DNA from: an uncultured Chloroflexia bacterium
GTDB taxonomy: Bacteria > Chloroflexota > Dehalococcoidia > UBA2979
Length of the DNA: 64,000 nucleotides
Assembly: GCA_963728205.1 (NCBI GenBank)
Contig: CAVSIV010000001.1
Span: forward strand, 448,001-512,000
Direction: 5' to 3'
This document shows, piece after piece, positions 1-9,033 of the stretch. The stretch's first letter is position 1. Each line of letters starts with the position of its first letter. The notes under the pieces were generated by a model that was not told the origin of the DNA, ran no database searches, and saw only the letters and a list, made by a program, of their open reading frames with translations. Both the position numbers and the translations under genes were made by a program.

Positions 1-825
1 CGCCGAACCGCCGGTCAGGTTGCCGTCGACGGTGACGACCATCGTGCCGTCCGTACCCAGCGTGCCCTGGTGCAGCGTGCCCGCGAAGAGCGCGTGAAAC
101 GCCACGAGCGGCGACGGCGTCGCGACCGGCGTCGCCGGAGCAGTGGCGGAGATGGCGATGCGCGCGCCGGACCCGTTGCCGTTGTTCGCGATCGCGTTCC
201 AGCCCGACTGGAACGGCCCCTGCGCGAGTAGGAACGCGCCGATCACGAGGCCGAACAGTCCCGCGGACGCGACCACGGGGTGCTCCCGTCCGCCGAGCGA
301 CGGCATCAAGAGCCGAATCGCGAGCAGCGCCAGCACCCCGGTGCCGGTGGCGGCGTAAAGCAGCACGGCCCACGCCGCCCGCGTGTCGCTCCCCGTGGTG
401 ATCCCGTGCACCAGCGCGAGCCCGAACGCGAGGAACGTGAGGTAGTGGAGCGTGCGCCACACGCGGTAGCCGATCAGCGGTCTCAGGTACTCGGTCAGAT
501 AGAGCGCGATCATCAGGTACGCGCCCACGATTCCGAGCGCGATCCAGATCGGCCGGTAATGGCTCGCCATCGGCACGAGCACCTCGGCCGGCGTGAACGC
601 CATGAACGGGTCGAGGAACACGCCGAGCGTGTGGACGCCGGTGAACACGATCGCGAGCAGGCTGATGTGCCGGTGCAGCTCGTTCGTGACGAAGCGCGAC
701 CACTTCGGGTTGCGCCACTGCAGGCTCAGCGCGAGCCCGAGCATCACCGATACCCAGATCAGCAGGTAGGCGGTGAAGCCGCCCGCGCGGGCGACGTCCC
801 AGGTGATCTGCCCCCATGCGCTCAT
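1..825 (-). CDS. Ferric reductase-like (MsrQ-like) transmembrane protein, 3' end outside window
   Basis: Not in ORF track; hand translation MSAWGQITWDVARAGGFTAYLL...NELHRHISLL...VHTLG...WRTLHYLTF...LVHGITTGSD shows several TM helices with the heme-ligand His pattern; ATGA overlap with apbE stop. Confidence 0.85.
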   Translation of the reverse strand, partial: MSAWGQITWDVARAGGFTAYLLIWVSVMLGLALSLQWRNPKWSRFVTNELHRHISLLAIVFTGVHTLGVFLDPFMAFTPAEVLVPMASHYRPIWIALGIVGAYLMIALYLTEYLRPLIGYRVWRTLHYLTFLAFGLALVHGITTGSDTRAAWAVLLYAATGTGVLALLAIRLLMPSLGGREHPVVASAGLFGLVIGAFLLAQGPFQSGWNAIANNGNGSGARIAISATAPATPVATPSPLVAFHALFAGTLHQGTLGTDGTMVVTVDGNLTGGSA

Positions 826-1838
826 GTGCTGCGCTCCATGTCCGACGCCATGTCCCACGGCGCCGGCTCCCAGCGGCCGACCAACCGCTGCGTGCCTGCC
901 CGATCGACGAGCAGCGCGCTCAGCCCCGCCGACGCGATGAACGCGGCGCCCTCGTCGGCGCCGAGAATGAGCGCGACCTTCGCGGCGACCTCCGCCTGCG
1001 CACAGGACCCGGCGATCGCGCTCACCGCCCGCAGGTCCCCGGCGCTCGGGGCGCCCGTGCGCGGGTCGAGCAGGTGGTGCCGCGCGACGCCGCCCTGGCG
1101 CCAGCGGCGGCGCGACGTCGTGGAGGTGGCGATCGCGCCGCCGCACAGCTCGATCGCGCGCTCCGCGCGCGGGATGCCGGCCGCCTCGTCCGCGTCGAGC
1201 TCGACGCGGACGCCCCACGGCTCGTCACCGCCCGGCGTCGCCGCCACAGCGGCGTCGCCGCCCGCCTCCACCGCGGCCCGCGCGATGCCGGCGTCGGTCA
1301 GCGCGCGGAGCGCCGCGTCCACGGCCATCCCCTTCGCGATGCCGCCGAAGTCGAGCATCACGCCGCGCGACAGGCGCACGGTGCGCGCGCGCGGGTCGAG
1401 CGCGACGTGCCGCCACGCGCCGCCGGGCATCGCGGCGCCGACCGGCGGTGGCTGGAACGCCGGCAACGCGTCGAAGCTGCGGTCGTAGCCGGCGGCGACG
1501 AGCTGGCGCAGCATCGTCGGGTCGAAGATGCCGCCGGTCGCGGCGGCGGCGGCCAGCGCCGTCCGGGTCACCTCGAAGAGCAGCGGGCTCACGGCCACCG
1601 CGTCGCCGGCGCGCGCGTTGAGCCGCGAGAGCTCGCTGTCCTCGCGGAAGCGGCTGAGCGTTTGCTCCCAGGCGGCGAACAGGTCGCGGACGATGCCCGG
1701 CGCCTCCGGCCGGTCGGCCGGTGCGAGCACGCTGACGGTGGTGCCCATCGCCGCGAAGCCGGCGCGCGCAAGGCCCGCCGGCAGGGCGAGGCCGTGCGGC
1801 GCGTCGGCCGTGCGCGCGACCGTCGGCTCAGGAGCCAC
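822..1838 (-). CDS. apbE: FAD:protein FMN transferase (ApbE family)
   Basis: Motifs AMGT, SRFREDSELSRLN, FDPT, LDFGGIAKG, VEAGGD, AIATS, HHLLDPRTG; GTG start at 1838 inferred from overlap with upstream gene. Confidence 0.93.
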   Translation of the reverse strand: MAPEPTVARTADAPHGLALPAGLARAGFAAMGTTVSVLAPADRPEAPGIVRDLFAAWEQTLSRFREDSELSRLNARAGDAVAVSPLLFEVTRTALAAAAATGGIFDPTMLRQLVAAGYDRSFDALPAFQPPPVGAAMPGGAWRHVALDPRARTVRLSRGVMLDFGGIAKGMAVDAALRALTDAGIARAAVEAGGDAAVAATPGGDEPWGVRVELDADEAAGIPRAERAIELCGGAIATSTTSRRRWRQGGVARHHLLDPRTGAPSAGDLRAVSAIAGSCAQAEVAAKVALILGADEGAAFIASAGLSALLVDRAGTQRLVGRWEPAPWDMASDMERST

Positions 1839-2178
1839 GCGACCGGATCGACGGCCGCGCGCGCGGGGCGCTCGGGGCGCTGGGCGCGGAGGCGGAGCCG
1901 CCGTCGGACCCGCCCGGCTGGAACGAGAAGAAGCCCTGGGCGTCGGCGCGGCCCAGGCCCGGCGGCGTGGTCGGTCCCGCCGGCGCACCCGTGGTGACGC
2001 CCGACGACGTCGCGCCCTCGGCGGTCTGCGATGTCACGCCGACCGCGTGGTGTCCCACGAGCGCCCAGCCGCCGCCGAACGCGACGACCGTTGCGCCCAG
2101 GACCACGCGCTTGAGGATGCTTGCTTTGCGATGCTGCCCGGCCCGATCGCGGGGGTCACGGGGAGGTGTCGTGTTCAT
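1828..2178 (-). CDS. Small single-TM, Ser/Thr/Gly/Pro-rich protein; candidate ApbE substrate
   Basis: ATG at 2178 with GAGAG upstream; basic N-terminus, TM helix, low-complexity tail ending RSRGS; stop overlaps apbE start. Confidence 0.7.
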   Translation of the reverse strand: MNTTPPRDPRDRAGQHRKASILKRVVLGATVVAFGGGWALVGHHAVGVTSQTAEGATSSGVTTGAPAGPTTPPGLGRADAQGFFSFQPGGSDGGSASAPSAPSAPRARPSIRSRGS

Positions 2179-2394
2179 GCTCTCAACTGTAGGCAGCCTT
2201 GATGTGAAATCTCTGTGAGGCTTGCGGGCCTCGACCCGACGATCTGCCGGGTCGGCGAGCCGGCGCAGCACCGCGCCACCGCCGATCCCGGCATCCGGCG
2301 CGGCGCGCGGCGCGTCCGCTCCGACCGCGATGACAGCATCCGTACGATGAAGAAGGCCGTGCTCCGCTCTCACCGCAGACCCGGGAGGCGCCCC

Positions 2395-3315
2395 ATGCTC
2401 GTCAATCCGCGCGACTTCCTCGCGCAGGCGCGCGCCGGCGGCTGGGCCGTCGGCGGCTTCAACATGTACGACCTCGAGTCGGCCCGCGCGATCATCGCCG
2501 CCGCGGAGGAGACCCGCTCGCCCGTGCTCGTGCAGACGTCGGAGGGCGCCGTGAAGCACGGCGGGCTCGACAACCTCGTCGCGATCGTGCGCTCGCTCGC
2601 CGCGCACACGCACGTGCCGGTCGCACTGCACCTCGATCACGGCAAGAGCGAGCAGCTCGCGCGCGAGGCCATCGACGCCGGCTATACCTCTGTGATGATC
2701 GACGCCTCGCGTGAGACGTTCGAGGAGAACGTGCACGAGACGTCGGACATCGTCGCCTACGCGCACGAGCACGGCGTGCACGTCGAGGCGGAGCTCGGGA
2801 CGCTTGGCGGCATCGAGGACGTCGGCGAGCAGGAGCAGAAGACGATGCTCACCGACCCGGAGCAGGCCGCTCGCTTCGCGGCGACCACCGGTGTCGACGC
2901 GCTCGCCGTCGCGATCGGCACCTCGCACGGCGCGTACAAGTTCCATGGCACGCCGCGGCTCGACTTCGACCGCCTGAAGGAGATCGCCGGCCGGGTGGAG
3001 CAGCCGCTCGTCCTGCACGGCGCCTCGGCGATGCAGCAGGACGCGATCGCCTTCGCCGAGCGCTACGGCGCGAAGCTGCCCGATGCGAGGGGCGTGCCCG
3101 CGGACATGATTCGCGAGGCCATCGGCCTGGGCATCGCGAAGATCAACACGGACTCCGACCTGCGCCTCGCCGCGCTGGGGCGGATGCGGCAGGTGCTGAC
3201 CGAACGCCCGGATCTGTTCAACATGTACGAGCTGATGGGCGAGGTCGAGGCGGCGATCAAGCAGGAGACCATCGAGCGCATTCGCCTCTTCGGCACGGAA
3301 GGCAAGGCGGCGTGA
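2395..3315 (+). CDS. fba: Class II fructose-bisphosphate aldolase
   Basis: GGFN, ALHLDHG, SVMIDAS, VEAELG, AIGTSHGAYK, LVLHGAS, KINTDSD motifs; GGGAGG RBS. Confidence 0.95.
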   Translation: MLVNPRDFLAQARAGGWAVGGFNMYDLESARAIIAAAEETRSPVLVQTSEGAVKHGGLDNLVAIVRSLAAHTHVPVALHLDHGKSEQLAREAIDAGYTSVMIDASRETFEENVHETSDIVAYAHEHGVHVEAELGTLGGIEDVGEQEQKTMLTDPEQAARFAATTGVDALAVAIGTSHGAYKFHGTPRLDFDRLKEIAGRVEQPLVLHGASAMQQDAIAFAERYGAKLPDARGVPADMIREAIGLGIAKINTDSDLRLAALGRMRQVLTERPDLFNMYELMGEVEAAIKQETIERIRLFGTEGKAA

Positions 3316-3989
3316 GCGAACCCGGTCCCGATCGGCCGCACCGGCTCGTGATCCTGTTCGACGTCGACAACACGCTGCTCGACAACGACCGCGTGCGCGA
3401 CGAGCTCGAGGAGCGCGTCGTCGCCATCGTCGGCGCGGATCTGAACGAGCGCTTCTGGGACATCTACGAGCAGGTCCGCGCCGACCTCGATCACGTGAGC
3501 TTCCCCGAGACCCTCGAGCGCTTCGGGCGGGTCTGCGACGACGTCGGCTGCGTGGAGGGGCTCTCGGAGCTGCTCTACGACTTCCCCTTTCGCGACGACG
3601 TGTACCCGGGTGCGCTGGCGGCGATCGAGCACGCGAGCCGCATCGGCGGCCTGCCGGTGATCGTCACCGATGGCGACCAGTTCTTCCAGCGCTACAAGGT
3701 GCGTTCGGCAGGGCTGGCCGGCGCCATCGACGGTCGCGTGCTGATCTACGTGCACAAGGAGCAGCAGACCGACGACATCCGGCGCCGCTTCCCCGCGCAT
3801 CACTACGTGATGATCGACGACAAGGGCCGCATCCTCACGGCGATGAAGCGCCGCCTGGGCGATCAGCTGACGACCGTGCACGTGCGGCAGGGCAAGTACG
3901 CGCAGGAGGCGCCGGAGCTCCCGCCCGACCGCGCCATCGCGTCGATCGCGGACTTCGTCTCCCTCAGCGCCGCCGAGCTGGGCGCCTGA
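3312..3989 (+). CDS. HAD-superfamily hydrolase
   Basis: FDVDNTL motif I, TDG, MIDDK; GTGA overlap with fba. Confidence 0.85.
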   Translation: MSEPGPDRPHRLVILFDVDNTLLDNDRVRDELEERVVAIVGADLNERFWDIYEQVRADLDHVSFPETLERFGRVCDDVGCVEGLSELLYDFPFRDDVYPGALAAIEHASRIGGLPVIVTDGDQFFQRYKVRSAGLAGAIDGRVLIYVHKEQQTDDIRRRFPAHHYVMIDDKGRILTAMKRRLGDQLTTVHVRQGKYAQEAPELPPDRAIASIADFVSLSAAELGA

Positions 3990-4057
3990 CCGCGCTCGCC
4001 AGTAGCGGCCGTCCCGCGTCACAATCGAGGCCTGCTCCCGCTGGATCCGGAGACCTC

Positions 4058-5002
4058 ATGGCGGAACCCGCGATCACCGTGCGCGGCCTGCGCAAGTCCT
4101 ACGGCGCGCTGGACGCGGTCCGGGGCATCGACTTCGACGTGGCGCGCGGCGAGGTCTTCTCGCTGCTCGGCCCCAACGGAGCCGGCAAGACGACGACCGT
4201 CGAGATCCTCGAAGGGCACCGCCGCCGCGATGCCGGCGACGTCGCCGTGCTCGGCTACGATCCCGACGCGGGCGAGCGGGCGTTTCGCGAGCGCATCGGC
4301 ATCGTCCTGCAGTCGCCGAGCGTCCAGCCGTACCTGACCGTCGAGGAGACCGTCGAGCTCTACCGCGGCTACTATCCGCACCCCCGGCCGCTCGACGAGA
4401 TCCTGGAGGTGGTTGGCCTCGTCGAGCAGCGCCGCACGCGGGTGCGCCGGCTCTCCGGCGGCCAGCAGCGGCGACTCGACGTCGCGGTCGGGCTGGCCGG
4501 CGACCCGGAGCTGCTCTTCCTCGACGAGCCCACCACCGGCTTCGACCCGTCGGCGCGCCGGCAGGCGTGGGAGATGGTGAAGAGCCTCCAGGCGCTCGGC
4601 AAGACGATCTTCCTGACGACGCACTACATGGACGAGGCCGAGTACCTCGCCGACCGCGTCACGATCATGAACCGCGGCGAGATCGTGGCCGAAGGCGCCC
4701 CGCGCGAGCTGATGAGCCGGCAGGGCGGCGCGCTCGTCGCCTTCCGCGCCGCGGCCGACGAGCGCTGGCTCGTCGACGGCCTCCCCGGCGCGAGCGTCGG
4801 CGCCGACGGCCGCGTGACGGTACAGACCGACGCGCCGACACGCATCCTGCACACGCTCACCAGCCGCGCGCTCGACCGCGGCGTCGAGTTGCGCGAGCTG
4901 ACGGTGACGCGCGCGTCGCTCGAGGACGTCTACCTCGAGCTCACCCGCAGCGCCGAAGAGGAAGCGGCGGCCGGCGCCGCGGAGGAGGTGGCGGTCTCGT
5001 GA
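4058..5002 (+). CDS. ABC-2 type exporter ATP-binding protein
   Basis: GPNGAGKTT, LSGGQ, LFLDEPTTG, TTHYM. Confidence 0.95.
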   Translation: MAEPAITVRGLRKSYGALDAVRGIDFDVARGEVFSLLGPNGAGKTTTVEILEGHRRRDAGDVAVLGYDPDAGERAFRERIGIVLQSPSVQPYLTVEETVELYRGYYPHPRPLDEILEVVGLVEQRRTRVRRLSGGQQRRLDVAVGLAGDPELLFLDEPTTGFDPSARRQAWEMVKSLQALGKTIFLTTHYMDEAEYLADRVTIMNRGEIVAEGAPRELMSRQGGALVAFRAAADERWLVDGLPGASVGADGRVTVQTDAPTRILHTLTSRALDRGVELRELTVTRASLEDVYLELTRSAEEEAAAGAAEEVAVS

Positions 5003-5775
5003 GCACACTCCGCCTCGCGCTGCGACAGGTGAAGTACGAGGACCTGGCGTTCCGCCGCAACCCGGTCGCGGCGTTCTTCACCTTCGTCTTCCCGCTGCTG
5101 TTCCTCGTGATCTTCAACCTGCTCTTCGGCAATGGCGACCTGCAGCTGCCGGGCGGCACGACCAACACCTCGACGTTTTACGTGCCGGCCATCGCCGCGT
5201 TCTCGGTGATCAACGCGTGCTACACCGGCCTCGCGATGAACGTCTCGATGGCGCGCGACAACGGCCAGCTCAAGCGGGTCGGCGGGACGCCGATGCCGAA
5301 GGGCGCCTACCTGCTGGGCAAGGTGCTCTACATGACGCTGGTGGCGGTCGCGCTCGTCGTGGTCGTCGTCGTCTTCGGCGTCCTCTTCTACCACGTGGAC
5401 GTGCCACGGCAGACGCTGCCAGCGTTCCTGGTGTCGCTCGCGGTCGGCGCCGCGGTGTTCTCGATGCTCGGTCTCGCGATCACCGCGTTCATCCCGAACG
5501 CCGACGCGTCGTCGGCGGTGGTGAACGCGACGGTGCTGCCGCTGCTGTTCATCTCCGACATCTTCATCCCGCCCAACGCGAACACGCCGTCGTGGCTGAG
5601 CCACCTGGCCGACGCGTTCCCGCTCAAGCACCTCTCGATCGCGCTGCAGACCGCGTACAACCCGTTCCAGTCCGGCGCAGGCTTCGAGCCGGGCCACCTG
5701 CTGGCGCTCGCGCTGTGGGGCGTCGCCGGCGCCGCGATCGCGATGTGGCGCTTCAGCTGGGAGCCGCGAACCTGA
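4999..5775 (+). CDS. ABC-2 type exporter permease
   Basis: About 6 TM helices, RRNP..FF..FP and P..L...FP motifs; coupled to ATPase. Confidence 0.9.
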   Translation: MSTLRLALRQVKYEDLAFRRNPVAAFFTFVFPLLFLVIFNLLFGNGDLQLPGGTTNTSTFYVPAIAAFSVINACYTGLAMNVSMARDNGQLKRVGGTPMPKGAYLLGKVLYMTLVAVALVVVVVVFGVLFYHVDVPRQTLPAFLVSLAVGAAVFSMLGLAITAFIPNADASSAVVNATVLPLLFISDIFIPPNANTPSWLSHLADAFPLKHLSIALQTAYNPFQSGAGFEPGHLLALALWGVAGAAIAMWRFSWEPRT

Positions 5776-5858
5776 GCACCGGCCGGCCGTCCGCGGTCGC
5801 CCCGCTCTCCTCGGCGCAGCCCCCGCCCGCGAGCGGGCAGGGGACGCACCTGCGCGGC

Positions 5859-6698
5859 GTGGCGATCGTGGTCGCCGCCGTCCTCTGCCTCGTGCCGGAC
5901 GCGACGCTGGTCCGCCTCGCCGACGCCACCGACGCCCGCATCATCTTCTTCCGCACGCTCTGCGTCGCCGCGTCGCTGACGACGGTGGTGGTGCTGCGCT
6001 ACGGCCGTCGCACGGCGGCGTCTGTGCGCGCGATGGGCCGGCCGGGGCTCGCGGTGGCGTTGCTGTGGGGCGTCGTGCCGATCCTCTTCGTCTACGCGGT
6101 GGACCACACCGCGGTCGCGAACGCGCTGGTGATCGTTGCGACGGCGCCGCTGTTCGCGGCGCTGTTCACGTGGGTGCTGATCGGGGAGCGGGTGGAGCCG
6201 CGCGTGTTCGTCGCGGCCTTCGTCGCGCTCGGCGGCGTGCTGCTGACGTTCGCGAGCGCGCTGCGCGGCGGCGGCCTCGAGGGCAGCCTCGCGGCGCTGG
6301 CGCTGGCGGCGATCGTCGGCGCGAGCCTGACGACGATCCGCCGCTCCGGCCTCGCGGGCACCGACATGCTGCCGGCGTTTGCGCTCGCCGGCCTCGTCGC
6401 GGCGGCGGTGGTGTCGCCGTTCGCGTGGCCGCCGCGCATGAGCATGCACGACGTGGTGGTGATCGGGCTGCTGGGGGCCGTGCTGATCCCCGTCGCGCAG
6501 ATCCTGCTCACGCGGGGCACGCGCTACCTGTCGTCCCCCGAGGTCGGCCTGCTCATGCTGATCGAGACGATGCTGGCGCCGCTGCTGGCGTGGGCGGTCG
6601 TCGGCGAGGCGCCGCCGCCGCTGGCGGCGGCCGGGAGCGTGGTGGTCATCGGCGCGATCGCGGGCAACTCGGTGGTCGCGCTGCGTCGCTCGCATTAG
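5859..6698 (+). CDS. DMT/EamA family transporter (start uncertain; CTG at 5772 possible)
   Basis: About 10 TM helices, APLFAAL...LIGE and IETMLAPLLAW..GE motifs. Confidence 0.85.
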   Translation: MAIVVAAVLCLVPDATLVRLADATDARIIFFRTLCVAASLTTVVVLRYGRRTAASVRAMGRPGLAVALLWGVVPILFVYAVDHTAVANALVIVATAPLFAALFTWVLIGERVEPRVFVAAFVALGGVLLTFASALRGGGLEGSLAALALAAIVGASLTTIRRSGLAGTDMLPAFALAGLVAAAVVSPFAWPPRMSMHDVVVIGLLGAVLIPVAQILLTRGTRYLSSPEVGLLMLIETMLAPLLAWAVVGEAPPPLAAAGSVVVIGAIAGNSVVALRRSH

Positions 6699-6858
6699 AA
6701 CGGGCCGCGGGGGGCGACGCCTGTGGCCCGCTGCCTCCGCGAACTCCGCGCGTCCCCGCGGAGAAATTCGACCGGTAGCGCGGAACTTATTAACATCCTG
6801 CCGGGTCCGCCGCTCCCGGTGCAGGCGGCCCCGGCGACGACGGGGAGGTCACGCGCTC

Positions 6859-8103
6859 GTGACGTTCGTCATCACACAGCCCTGCATCGACACGACCGAC
6901 AAGTCGTGCGTCGAAGTGTGCCCGGTCGACTGCATCCACTACGACGAGGGCACCGACCGGATGCTCTACATCGACCCGGTCGAGTGCATCGATTGCGGCG
7001 CGTGCCAGCCGGCGTGCCCGGTGAGCGCCATCTTCCCCGAGGGCGACGTCCCCGCCGATCAGCGTCCGTTCGTCGAGATCAACGCGCTCTGGTACCAGGA
7101 CAAGGCCGCTGCGCGCGCGAAGGTGCCGGGCGCCGGCGGCGCACCGGCCGCTCCTGCTGCACCGGCCGCCCCGGCCGCCGCGCCCGCCGAGCCCGCTGCC
7201 GCGCCGGCCGCCGAGGCCGCCGCCGCGCCTGCACCGGCCGCCGCCGAACCGGCCGCCGCCCCGGCGGAACCGGCCGCCGCGCCCGCAGGCGGCGTCGCCG
7301 TCGCGGCCGCCGCCACCGCGACGCCGCTCGACGCCGAGCCCCCCGTGAGCCAGGTGCCAGCCGCCACCGGCGCCGCCCCGGCACCGCATACCCTCACGCC
7401 CGTCGGCCTGGCCGCGCTCGCCGTGATCGCCGGCTGCTGGTTCGCCATCGTGAACTACCCGGGACCGGGATGGCTCCGGCTCGGGTGGCTCAAGATCAAC
7501 ATCGGCCCGTGGCACACGACCGGCGCCATCGGCATGACCGTCATCGTGCTGCTCCCCATCGCCCTCGTCGCGCTGCTCGTCCTGCTGCGCCACGAGACCG
7601 GCATGTTCGCGCGCTTCGCCGCGCGCCAGCCCCGCCGCGGCGATCCGTGGCGGCTCGCCAACTGGCGGCAGCTCCGCCGGAACGAGGAGTCGCGCCGCTA
7701 CTTCCAGACGAAGACCGTCCAGGAGATCGCCGACCAGCGCTTCCGCTTCCCGAACCCGGCGGAGCCGGACTACCGCGCGTATGTGAACCTCCCCGAGCCG
7801 CAGATCGCCGTCGAGATCGGGCCGGGCGGCGACAAGCTCTTCCCGGACATCGTCGTGACGCGCTCGCCCGGCAACTACCCGGCGATGGTGGCGATGGTCG
7901 AGACGCGGGAGACCGTCACGCGCGATCAGGCACAGTACGTGTGGAAGCGCCTCGAGAACCGCGCGGCGCCGCTGTACATCTACGTGCCGTCGGGCATGGC
8001 CGGGCAGGCGAGCGACTACGCGCGCGACGCCGACCTGCACAACTTCCGCATCCGCACCTGGCGCCGCGTCCCCGGCACCGGGATCGTCACCCGCGAGCTC
8101 TAG
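6859..8103 (+). CDS. 7Fe ferredoxin fused via Ala/Pro linker to 2 TM helices and a C-terminal PD-(D/E)XK-like domain
   Basis: N-terminal CIDTTDKSCVEVCPVDC...CIDCGACQPACP; GGAGG RBS; single uninterrupted frame. Confidence 0.85.
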   Translation: MTFVITQPCIDTTDKSCVEVCPVDCIHYDEGTDRMLYIDPVECIDCGACQPACPVSAIFPEGDVPADQRPFVEINALWYQDKAAARAKVPGAGGAPAAPAAPAAPAAAPAEPAAAPAAEAAAAPAPAAAEPAAAPAEPAAAPAGGVAVAAAATATPLDAEPPVSQVPAATGAAPAPHTLTPVGLAALAVIAGCWFAIVNYPGPGWLRLGWLKINIGPWHTTGAIGMTVIVLLPIALVALLVLLRHETGMFARFAARQPRRGDPWRLANWRQLRRNEESRRYFQTKTVQEIADQRFRFPNPAEPDYRAYVNLPEPQIAVEIGPGGDKLFPDIVVTRSPGNYPAMVAMVETRETVTRDQAQYVWKRLENRAAPLYIYVPSGMAGQASDYARDADLHNFRIRTWRRVPGTGIVTREL

Positions 8104-8129
8104 CCACGGCCTTCGCATGATCGACGGGG

Positions 8130-8156
8130 GAGGGGAGGTCGGCCTGACCTCCCCTC
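8130..8156. terminator. 11-bp GC hairpin after the ferredoxin fusion
   Basis: GAGGGGAGGTC-ggcct-GACCTCCCCTC; no U-tract. Confidence 0.5.
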
Positions 8157-8196
8157 GCTACGCCCGGGCGTTCTCGCGCACCGCGCGAGAACGGGA

Positions 8197-8817
8197 GTGC
8201 CGTCCGTGAACGCCGATCAGCAGGCGACGCGCGCGGCGAAGGCCGCCATTCGCGCCGAGGCGCTCGCGGCGCGCCGCGCGCTCGACGCCGACGCCCGCCG
8301 CGCCCTCTCGCTTTCGATCGCCGAGCGCGTCACGCGGCTCGACGCCTTCCGGCGCGCGAGCGTCGTCCACTGCTACATCGACGCCCGCGACGGCGAGGTC
8401 GCCACGCGCGACCTCGTCGCGCGCATGCTTCGCTCCGGCCGCCGCGTCGTCTGTCCCCGCGCCGAGCGCCGTCCGCGCCGGCTCGAGCACTACGCGATCC
8501 GATTGCTGGACGACCTCGAGGAGACCGCGCTCGGCCTCTGGGAGCCGGACCCCGCCCGTGCTCGCACCGTCGACCCCGCCGAGGCGGAGCTCGTGCTCGT
8601 CCCCGGCATCGCGTTCGACCCGCTCGGCTGGCGCATCGGCTACGGCGCCGGCTACTACGACCGCTTTCTCGCGACGAGCAGGGCGGAGACCGTCGGCCTC
8701 GCCTACTCGCTGCAGCTGCGCGCCGCGATCCCGCACGAGCCGCACGACGTGCCGCTCGACCGCATCGTCACCGAGATCGAGACGATCGACTGCCGCGCCG
8801 CACGCGCGGCGCCCTGA
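8197..8817 (+). CDS. 5-formyltetrahydrofolate cyclo-ligase
   Basis: KAAIR N-terminus, LGLWEP, LVPGIAFD..GWRIGYGAGYYDRFL, EPHDVPLD. Confidence 0.93.
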   Translation: MPSVNADQQATRAAKAAIRAEALAARRALDADARRALSLSIAERVTRLDAFRRASVVHCYIDARDGEVATRDLVARMLRSGRRVVCPRAERRPRRLEHYAIRLLDDLEETALGLWEPDPARARTVDPAEAELVLVPGIAFDPLGWRIGYGAGYYDRFLATSRAETVGLAYSLQLRAAIPHEPHDVPLDRIVTEIETIDCRAARAAP

Positions 8818-8846
8818 CGACGCGCGTGCGACCGCCGCCCTCCACC

Positions 8847-8875
8847 TTGCCCGCCCTCACCCCGCTCCGTACAAT
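8847..8875 (+). promoter_or_regulatory. sigma70-type promoter for tRNA-Ser/miaB
   Basis: TTGCCC-N17-TACAAT. Confidence 0.75.
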
Positions 8876-8894
8876 CACGGGACCCGCTGCTTCC

Positions 8895-8986
8895 GGAGGG
8901 GTCGCATAGTGGTCTAGTGCGGGCGCCTGCTAAGCGCTTACCGTGGGAAACTGCGGTCGAGGGTTCGAATCCCTCCCCCTCCGCCA
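8895..8986 (+). tRNA. tRNA-Ser (anticodon GCT)
   Basis: Acceptor GGAGGGG/CCCCTCC, anticodon arm GGCGC-CTGCTAA-GCGCT, long variable arm, GAGGG-TTCGAAT-CCCTC, G discriminator plus CCA. Confidence 0.97.
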
Positions 8987-9033
8987 CCAATCCGCATCGC
9001 GCGCGCTCGGTGCCCAGCCGCCCGGAGACGGTC

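Noticed and set aside
8104-8196. 6S RNA upstream of the 5-formyl-THF cyclo-ligase gene
   Set aside because: Only about 90 nt available, holding one short hairpin; too small for 6S RNA
8984-8989. Encoded CCACCA at the tRNA 3' end, or tRNA used as integration site
   Set aside because: Three extra bases are easily chance; no integrase or duplicated tRNA 3' end was seen
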